Assembly (NCBI GenBank): GCA_964592365.1
Contig: CAZQDL010000001.1
Coordinates: forward strand, 146,989-210,988
Reading direction: 5' to 3'
Origin: an uncultured Candidatus Saccharibacteria bacterium
GTDB taxonomy: Bacteria > Patescibacteriota > Minisyncoccia > Phycocordibacterales > UBA1006
Length of the DNA stretch: 64,000 nucleotides
A program made the position numbers and the translations under genes. Positions 56,752-64,000 of the stretch are shown piece by piece. The notes under the pieces were generated by a model that worked only from the letters and a program-made list of their open reading frames with translations, was not told the DNA's origin and did not search any database. Every line of letters begins with the position of its first letter. The stretch's first letter is position 1.

Positions 56752-57990
56752 ATGAAAAAACAACTTCTTATAGTAATTACATTAATGATATTAGGTTCAA
56801 TTTTTCCCGTTATTCATGCTTACGGACAAGTGAATAATGTCGATTTTAAACATTATAGTCTAACTCTTCCAGCAGATTGGGAAGAATTACCTTATTCACC
56901 ATACATTGAAGATATAAATATAGAATTAAAATATTCATCTTCAGAGTATATTAAGGATTATAAGATTGGATACTTTAAAAATAGTAAATATTATCCTCCA
57001 AACTCTCTCTCTGAGATCTTGCAGGGCCGTGATATTCCAAAAGAATTTTTAGAAACAAATAGAAGTCTGGAAAAAATTGAATCGGCTTATTTCTTAATTC
57101 AACAATTCCATATATCTGATATTTATATAGAAGATGTATACAAGGATCTTAGAAGAAATAAAGACAACATTTACGGCTTAAAATTTCTTAGGAATGAATC
57201 TATTAGTTTATATAGGGATGATAATAGTATAATTGTGGACACGTATGGCGTTGATCAGCCTACATACACGGCACTATTTCTTGGTAAGGATTTAGTAACC
57301 CAATTAGATTATTATTCTGTTGGTATGGAAAATATCAAAGAAGATGAAAAAGATTTTTATAAAATTGTAGAGTCCTTTTCTTATGATAATAATTATAGAT
57401 ATGATAAGTCAGAAAAATCCCTATTTGATTTTCATTCTTATTTACCAATGATTAGATTCTTTCTAATAATCACCTTTATTATGTTGATCGGATGGAGAAC
57501 TATCAATTATTTTAAGAAGAGAAGAGCTTCTAATAGTGGGAAAATAATTTCAAAAAAAATAGAGAATGAAAAGACTTCTCCTAGAGAAAAAAAAGAGAAA
57601 GTTAAAGAACCCCTTTGGCGATTTGCATTACTCTCAATAATAACCTTAGGTATATATGAGTTAATTTGGATGTACAAAAATTGGAGAATTTTGAAAAGAG
57701 AATTAAATCTAGATGTTGAGCCTTTATTCAGAGCATTATTCTCACCAGTTTATATTTATAGGTTTAGTCTGAGAGTAGAGGACCTTTGTAAAAAGGAAGG
57801 AATAAAAACAAATAAATATAGTGAAGCACTAGTAGTTTCTAGTATTTACATATTCTTTTCTTTTTCAGTTAATTTCCCAGGATATACTCCATTGTTGGTA
57901 CTTTTTACATTTCTTCCTTTATTACCTCTAGTAAAATTAATGAATCAATATTGGTCCAAGAAGGATAGTAATAAAAAGCCACTTAGTTAA
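56752..57990 (+). CDS. secreted/membrane protein with C-terminal DUF4234-like GIY-motif TM domain (ORF track start 56731)
   Basis: Signal peptide MKKQLLIVITLMILGSIFPVIHAYG. Large Y/N/K-rich ectodomain, then TM segments including LSIITLGIYELIWMYKNW. Confidence 0.5.
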   Translation: MKKQLLIVITLMILGSIFPVIHAYGQVNNVDFKHYSLTLPADWEELPYSPYIEDINIELKYSSSEYIKDYKIGYFKNSKYYPPNSLSEILQGRDIPKEFLETNRSLEKIESAYFLIQQFHISDIYIEDVYKDLRRNKDNIYGLKFLRNESISLYRDDNSIIVDTYGVDQPTYTALFLGKDLVTQLDYYSVGMENIKEDEKDFYKIVESFSYDNNYRYDKSEKSLFDFHSYLPMIRFFLIITFIMLIGWRTINYFKKRRASNSGKIISKKIENEKTSPREKKEKVKEPLWRFALLSIITLGIYELIWMYKNWRILKRELNLDVEPLFRALFSPVYIYRFSLRVEDLCKKEGIKTNKYSEALVVSSIYIFFSFSVNFPGYTPLLVLFTFLPLLPLVKLMNQYWSKKDSNKKPLS

Positions 57991-58211
57991 AGTGGTTTTT
58001 TGGTTTCTTGTAACAGTTTATGTAATAGTTCCTTATCTGGAGATTCAGTAGAAATCATTTCAACTTCCATTCCTTGTGGTAACCCATCATTTTTTAAGTT
58101 ATTTGTGTAATAAAAATCTACTCCATTTTCGGAATCTCCTATAGTGACTTCAATACCTGTGCCGTCATCAAGATTTCTTATGGCTTGTAGCATTTTCTCA
58201 TTTTCATTCAT
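57987..58211 (-). CDS. hypothetical acidic protein (74 aa)
   Basis: Convergent ORF with a 4-nt overlap. Weak support. Confidence 0.3.
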   Translation of the reverse strand: MNENEKMLQAIRNLDDGTGIEVTIGDSENGVDFYYTNNLKNDGLPQGMEVEMISTESPDKELLHKLLQETKKPL

Positions 58212-58255
58212 TAATTAATTATATCATTGTGTGATGTATAATTCATTGACTACTT

Positions 58256-58576
58256 ATGACAAAGGAATTCAAAACGGTAAAGCAGGACCCATGTTTTTGT
58301 GGGTCCCTTGATAAATACGGCAAGCCTAAACTATATAAAAATTGCTGTAGAAAAAAAGTTCCTGAGATAACTAATCAATTGCTAGAAAAATTTAGGGATA
58401 GACCTAGAGAACCTTTTGAAAAAGGAGGGTTTTTAACGGGACGTCCTTTTATTTCCGAAACTTTCCAAGAGAGAAGAGTAAGAGCTGTAAAGAATATAGT
58501 TTATCTACGTCCATTAGATGAGACATTTCATACATTTATTCTTGCAAGATTTTCAGAAATTCTGACTATGGAATAG
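58256..58576 (+). CDS. SEC-C motif protein (106 aa)
   Basis: DPCFCGSLDKYGKPKLYKNCC resembles the SEC-C zinc-binding motif (CPCGSG.KYKKCC). Ends at a TAG followed by an in-frame ORF. Confidence 0.5.
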   Translation: MTKEFKTVKQDPCFCGSLDKYGKPKLYKNCCRKKVPEITNQLLEKFRDRPREPFEKGGFLTGRPFISETFQERRVRAVKNIVYLRPLDETFHTFILARFSEILTME

Positions 58577-58705
58577 ATAGAAAAGCAAGAAGAAAAGGAT
58601 CAACCACACATTATTGTTAAATGGTTTGGAGAATTTGATGCAGTAATTTCAAAGTCAGGGGAAAAAGGGGAAGACAAAATAAAGGGTATAAAATTAACTG
58701 GTAAT

Positions 58706-58933
58706 ATGCGAGCCCTTCTATCTCTAGATTATGATTTCTATTCTCTACAGCACTGTGGGGCTGAGGTATTATCAAAACTTTTAAATCGATTACGAAACGA
58801 ACAGCAATTTCAAGGAGCTAGATACGAAATAGCTGTTGCAGCCTTATCTTGTAGAGCTGGGTTTGAAATTAAATGGATTCATACTTCATTAGGTATGAGT
58901 CCCGTACAGTTTGCAAACAAAAACAGCATTTAG
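58706..58933 (+). CDS. hypothetical protein (75 aa), in the same frame as the SEC-C ORF
   Basis: Reading from the SEC-C TAG (58574-76) to this ORF's stop gives one continuous frame with no other stop. Contains ARYEIAVAALSCRAGFEI. Confidence 0.35.
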   Translation: MRALLSLDYDFYSLQHCGAEVLSKLLNRLRNEQQFQGARYEIAVAALSCRAGFEIKWIHTSLGMSPVQFANKNSI

Positions 58934-58981
58934 TATGCTGTTTTTATGTAGAAAAGGTGTCTGAATTTTGGGGTACCTTCC

Positions 58982-59395
58982 ATGTATATGTTTTATAAAT
59001 TGATTAATAAGAAAGAACTTAATAATGAGGTAAAAAATATAAATGTTTTCCTTAAAAAATTAGAGAGAAGCTATAAGAAATCACCCTCCTTATATTTTTT
59101 AAGATGTTTAACTTATTTTCTTGAGATACTTATTTTTCCATACTTTCTTGAAAAAATATTCAGTGAATATCTTTCGAGCAATGTTATAGGATATATCATC
59201 GGGTTTGTTATTACGTTGGGTATTTATAAATTTTCAAAAGTACTTAATTTTACTGTTTTTAAGGGTTTTTCAATTTTTTATCTTGCAAGAAAGAAGATTA
59301 TTCGTTCTTTCCTTCAATCTTTGGGCATATTATCTATATTGTTATTTATTAATATTTTGTTAAAGTACAATCCATCAAAGCATTATGTCAAATAG
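58982..59395 (+). CDS. hypothetical membrane protein with a GIY-motif TM segment (paralogous to the C-terminus of 56752..57990)
   Basis: IGFVITLGIYKFSKV and further TM helices; very AT-rich. Confidence 0.45.
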   Translation: MYMFYKLINKKELNNEVKNINVFLKKLERSYKKSPSLYFLRCLTYFLEILIFPYFLEKIFSEYLSSNVIGYIIGFVITLGIYKFSKVLNFTVFKGFSIFYLARKKIIRSFLQSLGILSILLFINILLKYNPSKHYVK

Positions 59396-60047
59396 AAATA
59401 AAACTAAAAAGAAATCATTTCCTCCATTCTTGTTCGCACTGGCATTTGCGACAGTTGTCAGTTTTCTTGTGATGATTGATAAAAGTATCTTTAAGGAATC
59501 ACCATCAAAAGAACAACAAGTCATTATTAAAGAAATTGCACAGCAGGTGAGTCCTTATCAAGACAAGGAAAACCTGAAAAAAATTGTCTTAGTGCAAAAC
59601 TTTAAAAATTCTGCTAGGAATGGGAAACAAACAGATACTATAGAGGTTCCTTTCACAAAAGCTGGTATTGTAAGTGGCGGATACTTGTATATTAAAGCCT
59701 CAGCTGATGACAAAAAACTTGGGGACTACTCAACAATTTATACTAAGTTAATACATTCAAACAATTTAGAAGGAGATGGTGGTCACTTACAGAAGAATAG
59801 GAGCTTAGAAACACCTGATGAAAATAAGGGCTACACTGAACTTTTATACAGATTATCTGATATTCCATTTCAAACTAAACTAGGGTCAAATTCTGTCATC
59901 TCAAAAAATTGGCTTCAGATTATAAACGAAAATGAAAATCCTCTATCTAACCTTTCTTTTTCCTCAACAGAGAAGGATGGAGAAATTATTGAACTATCGA
60001 TATATTATGAATGCTTAGAAAATACTGATTGCTCCCTAGAAGAATAA
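59385..60047 (+). CDS. hypothetical membrane-anchored extracellular protein (220 aa)
   Basis: Basic N-terminus, TM (FLFALAFATVVSFLVMI), hydrophilic ectodomain ending in a CxxxxC pair. Confidence 0.5.
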   Translation: MSNRNKTKKKSFPPFLFALAFATVVSFLVMIDKSIFKESPSKEQQVIIKEIAQQVSPYQDKENLKKIVLVQNFKNSARNGKQTDTIEVPFTKAGIVSGGYLYIKASADDKKLGDYSTIYTKLIHSNNLEGDGGHLQKNRSLETPDENKGYTELLYRLSDIPFQTKLGSNSVISKNWLQIINENENPLSNLSFSSTEKDGEIIELSIYYECLENTDCSLEE

Positions 60048-60167
60048 TCAAAATGTAAGTCATCAATCTAATAATTTATCCTTTGAGTTCAACATCAATA
60101 TCCTTATATGTAAGTATCAACGGATATTTGTCATAATAGTTCCAGTTCAATTTACACTTCTCACATT

Positions 60168-60196
60168 AAAAAACCACATTACGTGGTTTTTGTTTT
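60168..60196 (+). terminator. rho-independent terminator
   Basis: AAACCAC-ATTAC-GTGGTTT plus T-run. Confidence 0.6.
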
Positions 60197-60198
60197 TA

Positions 60199-60226
60199 TT
60201 GACAGAAAATAAATTGATGTTAATGT
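60199..60226 (+). promoter_or_regulatory. sigma70-like promoter for the candidate sRNA
   Basis: TTGACA (60199-60204), 16 nt, TAATGT (60221-60226). Confidence 0.4.
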
Positions 60227-60233
60227 AATCTCT

Positions 60234-60334
60234 GGAAACAAAAATTCCATAACAAATAGCAGAAGATAAATCTTAACTTTGGGGGAAGTTAAAACCTTCT
60301 GCTATCCAAAACCTCGTAATATACGAGGTTTTTA
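60234..60334 (+). ncRNA. candidate small RNA (about 100 nt): nested hairpin with a G-rich loop plus its own terminator
   Basis: Outer stem TAGCAGAAG (60257-65)/CTTCTGCTA (60296-304). Inner stem TTAACTT/AAGTTAA around a TGGGGG loop. Immediately followed by the terminator AACCTCGT-AATAT-ACGAGGTT-TTT. No ORF. Confidence 0.35.
60308..60334 (+). terminator. rho-independent terminator (3' end of the candidate sRNA)
   Basis: AACCTCGT-AATAT-ACGAGGTT plus TTT. Confidence 0.65.
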
Positions 60335-60659
60335 CTTTGACCAAACATATCTTTAGAGTACGATGGTATAAAGTATTGTTTCACCTTTTAAAAAAGAAAA
60401 TATGATCCATGTTAATCGTTGTTATTGTTTATCTCTTCTAAAGACATATAGAAAAGAGATTGGTATGTTACTCGTACTCGTGTTAATGGGATTCATGTTA
60501 GTGATGGCTATCCCGTTCATTGAGAATTGCAAACATTCAATATTCTCTGGAAATTGGTTTCCATTTTAAGATATAGGCTGATTACTAGTATATCAGTCTA
60601 TTTTTATTACTTGAGTGCTTGCAATTTTAACAACTCTTGTTATTATCCCTTATATTCTT

Positions 60660-60923
60660 ATGCCAATTATTAAAGCACAAAAAAAATCAGTACGTCAGTC
60701 TGAAAAAAGACGAGTATTTAATGATCGACGACGTCGAGCAATGCGTCAATATGTGAAAGAAGTTAAAGAACTTGTTGCACAGAAAGACCATAAAAAAGCT
60801 ATGGAACTTCTTCCGGTAACCTATCAAGCAATTGATAAGGCAGTAAAAAGAGGAGTGATTAAAGCTAACACTGCAGCACGTAAAAAATCACAAATTTCAC
60901 GAATTATTAAAGAAATCGCATAG
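60660..60923 (+). CDS. rpsT: 30S ribosomal protein S20 (ORF track start 60615)
   Basis: KKSVRQSEKRRVFNDRRRRAMRQYVK...KANTAARKKSQISR matches S20. Confidence 0.85.
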   Translation: MPIIKAQKKSVRQSEKRRVFNDRRRRAMRQYVKEVKELVAQKDHKKAMELLPVTYQAIDKAVKRGVIKANTAARKKSQISRIIKEIA

Positions 60924-60936
60924 TGCGATTTTTTAC
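60913..60936 (+). terminator. rho-independent terminator overlapping the rpsT stop
   Basis: AATCGCA-TAG-TGCGATT plus T6. Confidence 0.55.
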
Positions 60937-60973
60937 TTGCTTCAACGATACAGATGCGTATACTTTTTGGTAT

Positions 60974-61045
60974 GCTCTCATAGTTTAATGGATAGAACAT
61001 CGGTTTGCGGTACCGACGATCCAAGTTCGATTCTTGGTGAGAGCA
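60974..61045 (+). tRNA. tRNA-Arg (anticodon GCG as read; G at position 37)
   Basis: GCTCTCA-TA-GTTT-AATGGATA-GAAC-A-TCGGT-TTGCGGT-ACCGA-CGAT-CCAAG-TTCGATT-CTTGG-TGAGAGC-A. A TATACT -10 lies 13 nt upstream. Confidence 0.8.
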
Positions 61046-61126
61046 CAAACAAAGTTAGAATTGTTTTTTAAAGAGAATATTTAGATTAGTTCTTCTTTTG
61101 TTTTCAATGATATAATCTAACTACTT

Positions 61127-61486
61127 ATGGGAATAGAAACCTTTGTTAATAATCAGATAAGAAATCGAGAAAATCGACTTAATTCTCCTGGATTCCAAGC
61201 CGAAATGCTACGTGAAAAAATGGAGTTTAAAGATCAACTTAAAATGACTGGAGACAGTGCTCTTGATTTTGTATACGATGGATTAGGTAAAAAGGTTATG
61301 GGTGGAGCTATCAATTCAGCAGCAAAAGTTGCTTTTAATGACAAGTATGGATTTAGTAATCTTTTAAAGGATGCAACCAAAAATGTATTTGGTGCTACTA
61401 AAATGGGCTTGAAAACCATGTGGGAAATAGCTAAAACTACAGGTAAAGCAGCGAAAATAGGTATTAGACAATTAATCGCAAGATAA
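61127..61486 (+). CDS. hypothetical protein (119 aa)
   Basis: Intact ORF with an extended -10 promoter (TGaTATAAT, 61108-16) upstream; flanked by tRNA genes. Confidence 0.45.
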   Translation: MGIETFVNNQIRNRENRLNSPGFQAEMLREKMEFKDQLKMTGDSALDFVYDGLGKKVMGGAINSAAKVAFNDKYGFSNLLKDATKNVFGATKMGLKTMWEIAKTTGKAAKIGIRQLIAR

Positions 61487-61489
61487 TAT

Positions 61490-61780
61490 ATGTTAGAAAC
61501 AGTTGAACAAATTGAAAATGCTATTGCTGACTTAATGATTAAACATCAGCAAGAATTATCTACGATTCATGATCGAGTTGATTTTATAACCAAACAAGCA
61601 GAAGATCTTCTTGATAAGAAGGAACAAGAACTTAATGAAAAATATAAGAATCGTACTGATATAGAACAAGCAGAAAGGGAATACCTCAAAGAATATCAAT
61701 TAATTAAATCAATGATTTTAGAAGTTGTTGAAAAAACACTAAAAAAGGATTTAGAAGAATTTCTTGAAAAGATTTCATAA
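61490..61780 (+). CDS. hypothetical coiled-coil protein (96 aa)
   Basis: E/K-rich ORF tightly following the previous one. Confidence 0.45.
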   Translation: MLETVEQIENAIADLMIKHQQELSTIHDRVDFITKQAEDLLDKKEQELNEKYKNRTDIEQAEREYLKEYQLIKSMILEVVEKTLKKDLEEFLEKIS

Positions 61781-61872
61781 TTTGTTTATTCAGGAAATAT
61801 ATTAGAATCAACATAAAGTCTCTTGTCAGCTTAATGTTATTGCATAAAATAACTAGCAAAAAAGATATCTTT

Positions 61873-61943
61873 GCGGATATAGTTAAGTGGTAGAATACGT
61901 CCTTGCCAAGGATGAGATGGGAGTTCGATTCTCCCTATCCGCA
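61873..61943 (+). tRNA. tRNA-Gly (anticodon GCC)
   Basis: GCGGATA-TA-GTTA-AGTGGTA-GAAT-A-CGTCC-TTGCCAA-GGATG-AGAT-GGGAG-TTCGATT-CTCCC-TATCCGC-A; closely parallels E. coli tRNA-Gly(GCC). Confidence 0.85.
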
Positions 61944-62051
61944 CAAAATAAGCTTTCACTTATATACTCCTTTCTCGTGCTTGATGGTTAATACTGTCAG
62001 AATAATGATCAAATCCTATATATATTTATCATTAAACGATATAATATATAT

Positions 62052-62786
62052 ATGTTTAATTTTGAAAAAATATTTAATAAAAAGGAGAAGGAAGCTCACG
62101 TTGTTGATGCAGTTGAACTCAAACAAGAACCAGTTAGTGAAAAAAAGACTCTTGAATATTACGAAGAGAAAAAGGAAGAACTTAAAAATTTATATCAAAA
62201 ACGTTCAGAGGAAGCGGTACAATATCAGAATACAAAAGATCGTATTGATGCATTAGGTCCAAATGACACCTTAAAAAACAGCCTACTAGAGGAAGCACAT
62301 GCTTCTACCTTAGGAAAAGTAAATAAAGAAATACAATCAATTTCAGAAGAGGGTATTGGGTTGAATAGTAAAGAACACTATCAAGCAAGAGAACAAATGC
62401 TACAAGATGAATTAACTCGGGTTAACGAAAAGATAGAAGCCTTCAGACAAGAAGTAATATATCCTGAAAATGAAAATGCACAGAAACTTCTTTCTTTGAA
62501 AGAAAGAATCGAAGAATCTTGGAATGAAAATATTCCCCAAGAAGAGGGGTATAAAATACTCGTTGATATTTTTGGAGAAAACAACGTATATGAGCGCACA
62601 TATACTAAAATTCCTGAAATATCTCAAGAAGAATTAATTAAAGCTATTGATGACAGGTTATCAAAAATCGCAGATACCTTTACTGGTTCTGGGGAATTGA
62701 ATACTGAAGAATATAAATTGATGGTTCATCGAAAAGAAAAACTTAATGAACTTCTTGCAAATTGGTATTTTCAGAATAGAAAATAA
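62052..62786 (+). CDS. hypothetical coiled-coil protein (244 aa)
   Basis: E/K/Q-rich. No motif recognised. Confidence 0.5.
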   Translation: MFNFEKIFNKKEKEAHVVDAVELKQEPVSEKKTLEYYEEKKEELKNLYQKRSEEAVQYQNTKDRIDALGPNDTLKNSLLEEAHASTLGKVNKEIQSISEEGIGLNSKEHYQAREQMLQDELTRVNEKIEAFRQEVIYPENENAQKLLSLKERIEESWNENIPQEEGYKILVDIFGENNVYERTYTKIPEISQEELIKAIDDRLSKIADTFTGSGELNTEEYKLMVHRKEKLNELLANWYFQNRK

Positions 62787-62822
62787 TACCTACCTATATA
62801 TTTTTTGAAGCAAACGAGGAAC

Positions 62823-62856
62823 AAAAAAACAGATGATATTACTCATCTGTTTTTTA
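62823..62856. terminator. bidirectional terminator
   Basis: A7-CAGATGA-TATTAC-TCATCTG-T6. Confidence 0.65.
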
Positions 62857-62866
62857 CTTAGTTATA

Positions 62867-63184
62867 TTATTCAACTACTACTACCTCCATCTCTCCCATC
62901 ATATCCATAGCATCCATTCCTGAATCCATTGGCATCATTGATCCCAATGATACTCCGAGGAGTAAACTAAGTCCAATAGCGATTGCTAGAAGGACAAGGG
63001 ATGCATAAATGTAATTCTTTTTTGTTTGTGATGTTTTGCTACTTGTTAGAAAGTAAATAATCGCAATGATGTTTACTACCGGAAGAGCAAGAAGAATAAT
63101 CGTTCCTAACCAATTTCCTACGCTGATAATATTATTATTAATTATATTGTTTTCTTTATCCATATAATAAATTATATCAGACAA
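62867..63184 (-). CDS. small membrane protein (105 aa), Met/Asp-rich C-terminus
   Basis: Two TM helices; C-terminal MPMDSGMDAMDMMGEMEVVVVE. Confidence 0.45.
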   Translation of the reverse strand: MSDIIYYMDKENNIINNNIISVGNWLGTIILLALPVVNIIAIIYFLTSSKTSQTKKNYIYASLVLLAIAIGLSLLLGVSLGSMMPMDSGMDAMDMMGEMEVVVVE

Positions 63185-63210
63185 AATAAAATATTGTATA
63201 CTATGAACTA

Positions 63211-64000
63211 ATGAAAACTATTATTTCCTCATTAATTATTTTTTTATTAGTCATCGTAGGGGCAGGTTACCTTCTTCGTGATCATTATATTCCTTTTCTT
63301 TCTTCACTTGGAAGAGATATTGATACCCGTCTTTTTGGCACAGTCTACGAATCTTTTGATATTCCTGAGAGTACTATTCCTGCATCAGGTAGTATCACTG
63401 AAGAAAGTCAGGCGATAAAAAAGGAAAGTACTAGTTCGATTCTTAGTCTTCCTCGTTTTACTGAACTTCCAAGTTATCAACTCGCAGATACCTTCGATGA
63501 AAAGCTTCCGGAAGATGCTCAATGTACTTACAGCTTGAATAAAGATTATATTGTTTGTACTAGTTTATCTGAGCTTATGGATTATGTTCGACCAGTTGCC
63601 ATTGATGAGCGAGAGCTCGAATATAAATCGGAGTCTAGTATTCGATACTACCCACTTCCAGATTTTATTACTAATCAAAGCTTAGAAAGATATGGAGAGG
63701 GAAGCACTCGATTTTCAAAATCAAGTGGTGGATCAGGTTATGAAGAATACAACATTTCACTTGTCGATGATCAGGTAGGGCTCTTTGACATCAATATCGA
63801 AGAAGAAAGAGACCTTTCTTCTTTTGTAGTCGCTGAACAACAAATAATACAAGAATATGAAGAATCGCAAGAATTTTTGAAACTCCTTGAAAGTACTTTT
63901 GATGTAAATATTTCTGATTTGGGAACTGAAGACACTGAAATGAATTTGAATGAAACAACTTATACTAAGCTTGTAAGTATTGTGGATGAATTTAGTATGG
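63211..64000 (+). CDS. hypothetical membrane-anchored protein, 3'-partial (runs off window end; absent from ORF track)
   Basis: ATG at 63211 preceded by TGtATACT 9 nt upstream. 263 codons with no stop to nt 64000. N-terminal TM (IISSLIIFLLVIVGAGYLL). Confidence 0.45.
   Translation, partial: MKTIISSLIIFLLVIVGAGYLLRDHYIPFLSSLGRDIDTRLFGTVYESFDIPESTIPASGSITEESQAIKKESTSSILSLPRFTELPSYQLADTFDEKLPEDAQCTYSLNKDYIVCTSLSELMDYVRPVAIDERELEYKSESSIRYYPLPDFITNQSLERYGEGSTRFSKSSGGSGYEEYNISLVDDQVGLFDINIEEERDLSSFVVAEQQIIQEYEESQEFLKLLESTFDVNISDLGTEDTEMNLNETTYTKLVSIVDEFSM

Larger units (their letters stand above)
54377..60050. mobile_element. putative integrated element (integrative element or prophage remnant) inserted at the tRNA-Val 3' end; right boundary uncertain
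   Basis: A large serine recombinase abuts and overlaps tRNA-Val. A phage-like terminase-small/HTH gene and a string of small AT-rich ORFs with no housekeeping homologs follow. The region is followed by two terminators and a further tRNA. Confidence 0.45.

Overview
This is a 64-kb window of an AT-rich, gene-dense bacterial chromosome with most genes on the + strand. Conserved genes (tuf, recJ, ribosomal proteins) read through intact under the standard code and end in TAA/TAG/TGA, so no codon reassignment is evident. Gene content suggests a reduced-genome Candidate Phyla Radiation / Patescibacteria-like bacterium; this is inference only. The supporting observations are four type IV pilin paralogs with an identical class-III signal (G|[17 protein letters not shown]), a split ComEC, str and S10 operons that are truncated and re-assorted with no fusA between rpsG and tuf, many small hypothetical membrane or secreted proteins, and promoters placed 6-12 nt upstream of start codons with little or no Shine-Dalgarno.

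Housekeeping genes in order are: glyA (5' partial), a VanY-like M15 peptidase, a CYTH protein, dcd, thyA, pepF, argS, ileS (carrying an inserted histidine-phosphatase domain), recO, glyQS, a Na+/H+ antiporter, an AI-2E transporter, metG, a CofE-like protein, tatD, rpsF-ssb-rpsR, efp, recJ, ComEC membrane domain / gmk / ComEC beta-lactamase domain, rpmB, an M50 protease, rpsL-rpsG, a KH-domain protein, adk, an archaeal-type pyrH, pilin x2, map, pilin x2, tuf-rpsJ-rplC-rplD-rplW-rplB, uppP, a DEAD-box helicase, a Pif1/RecD-like helicase, an SDR, ruvX, csaA, a PilM-like protein and rpsT. There are five tRNA genes: Ser-TGA, Arg-TCT, Val-TAC, Arg-GCG and Gly-GCC.

A roughly 5.7-kb putative integrated element sits at the 3' end of tRNA-Val (54.4-60.0 kb). 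It carries a large serine recombinase, a terminase-small-subunit-like HTH protein, paralogous GIY-motif membrane proteins and a SEC-C ORF separated from the next ORF by a single in-frame TAG. It is followed by a candidate promoter-to-terminator sRNA locus.

Many rho-independent terminators are visible, several of them bidirectional, plus a candidate antiterminator/terminator attenuator upstream of ileS. All coordinates were counted by hand from the printed sequence and may be off by a few nt.
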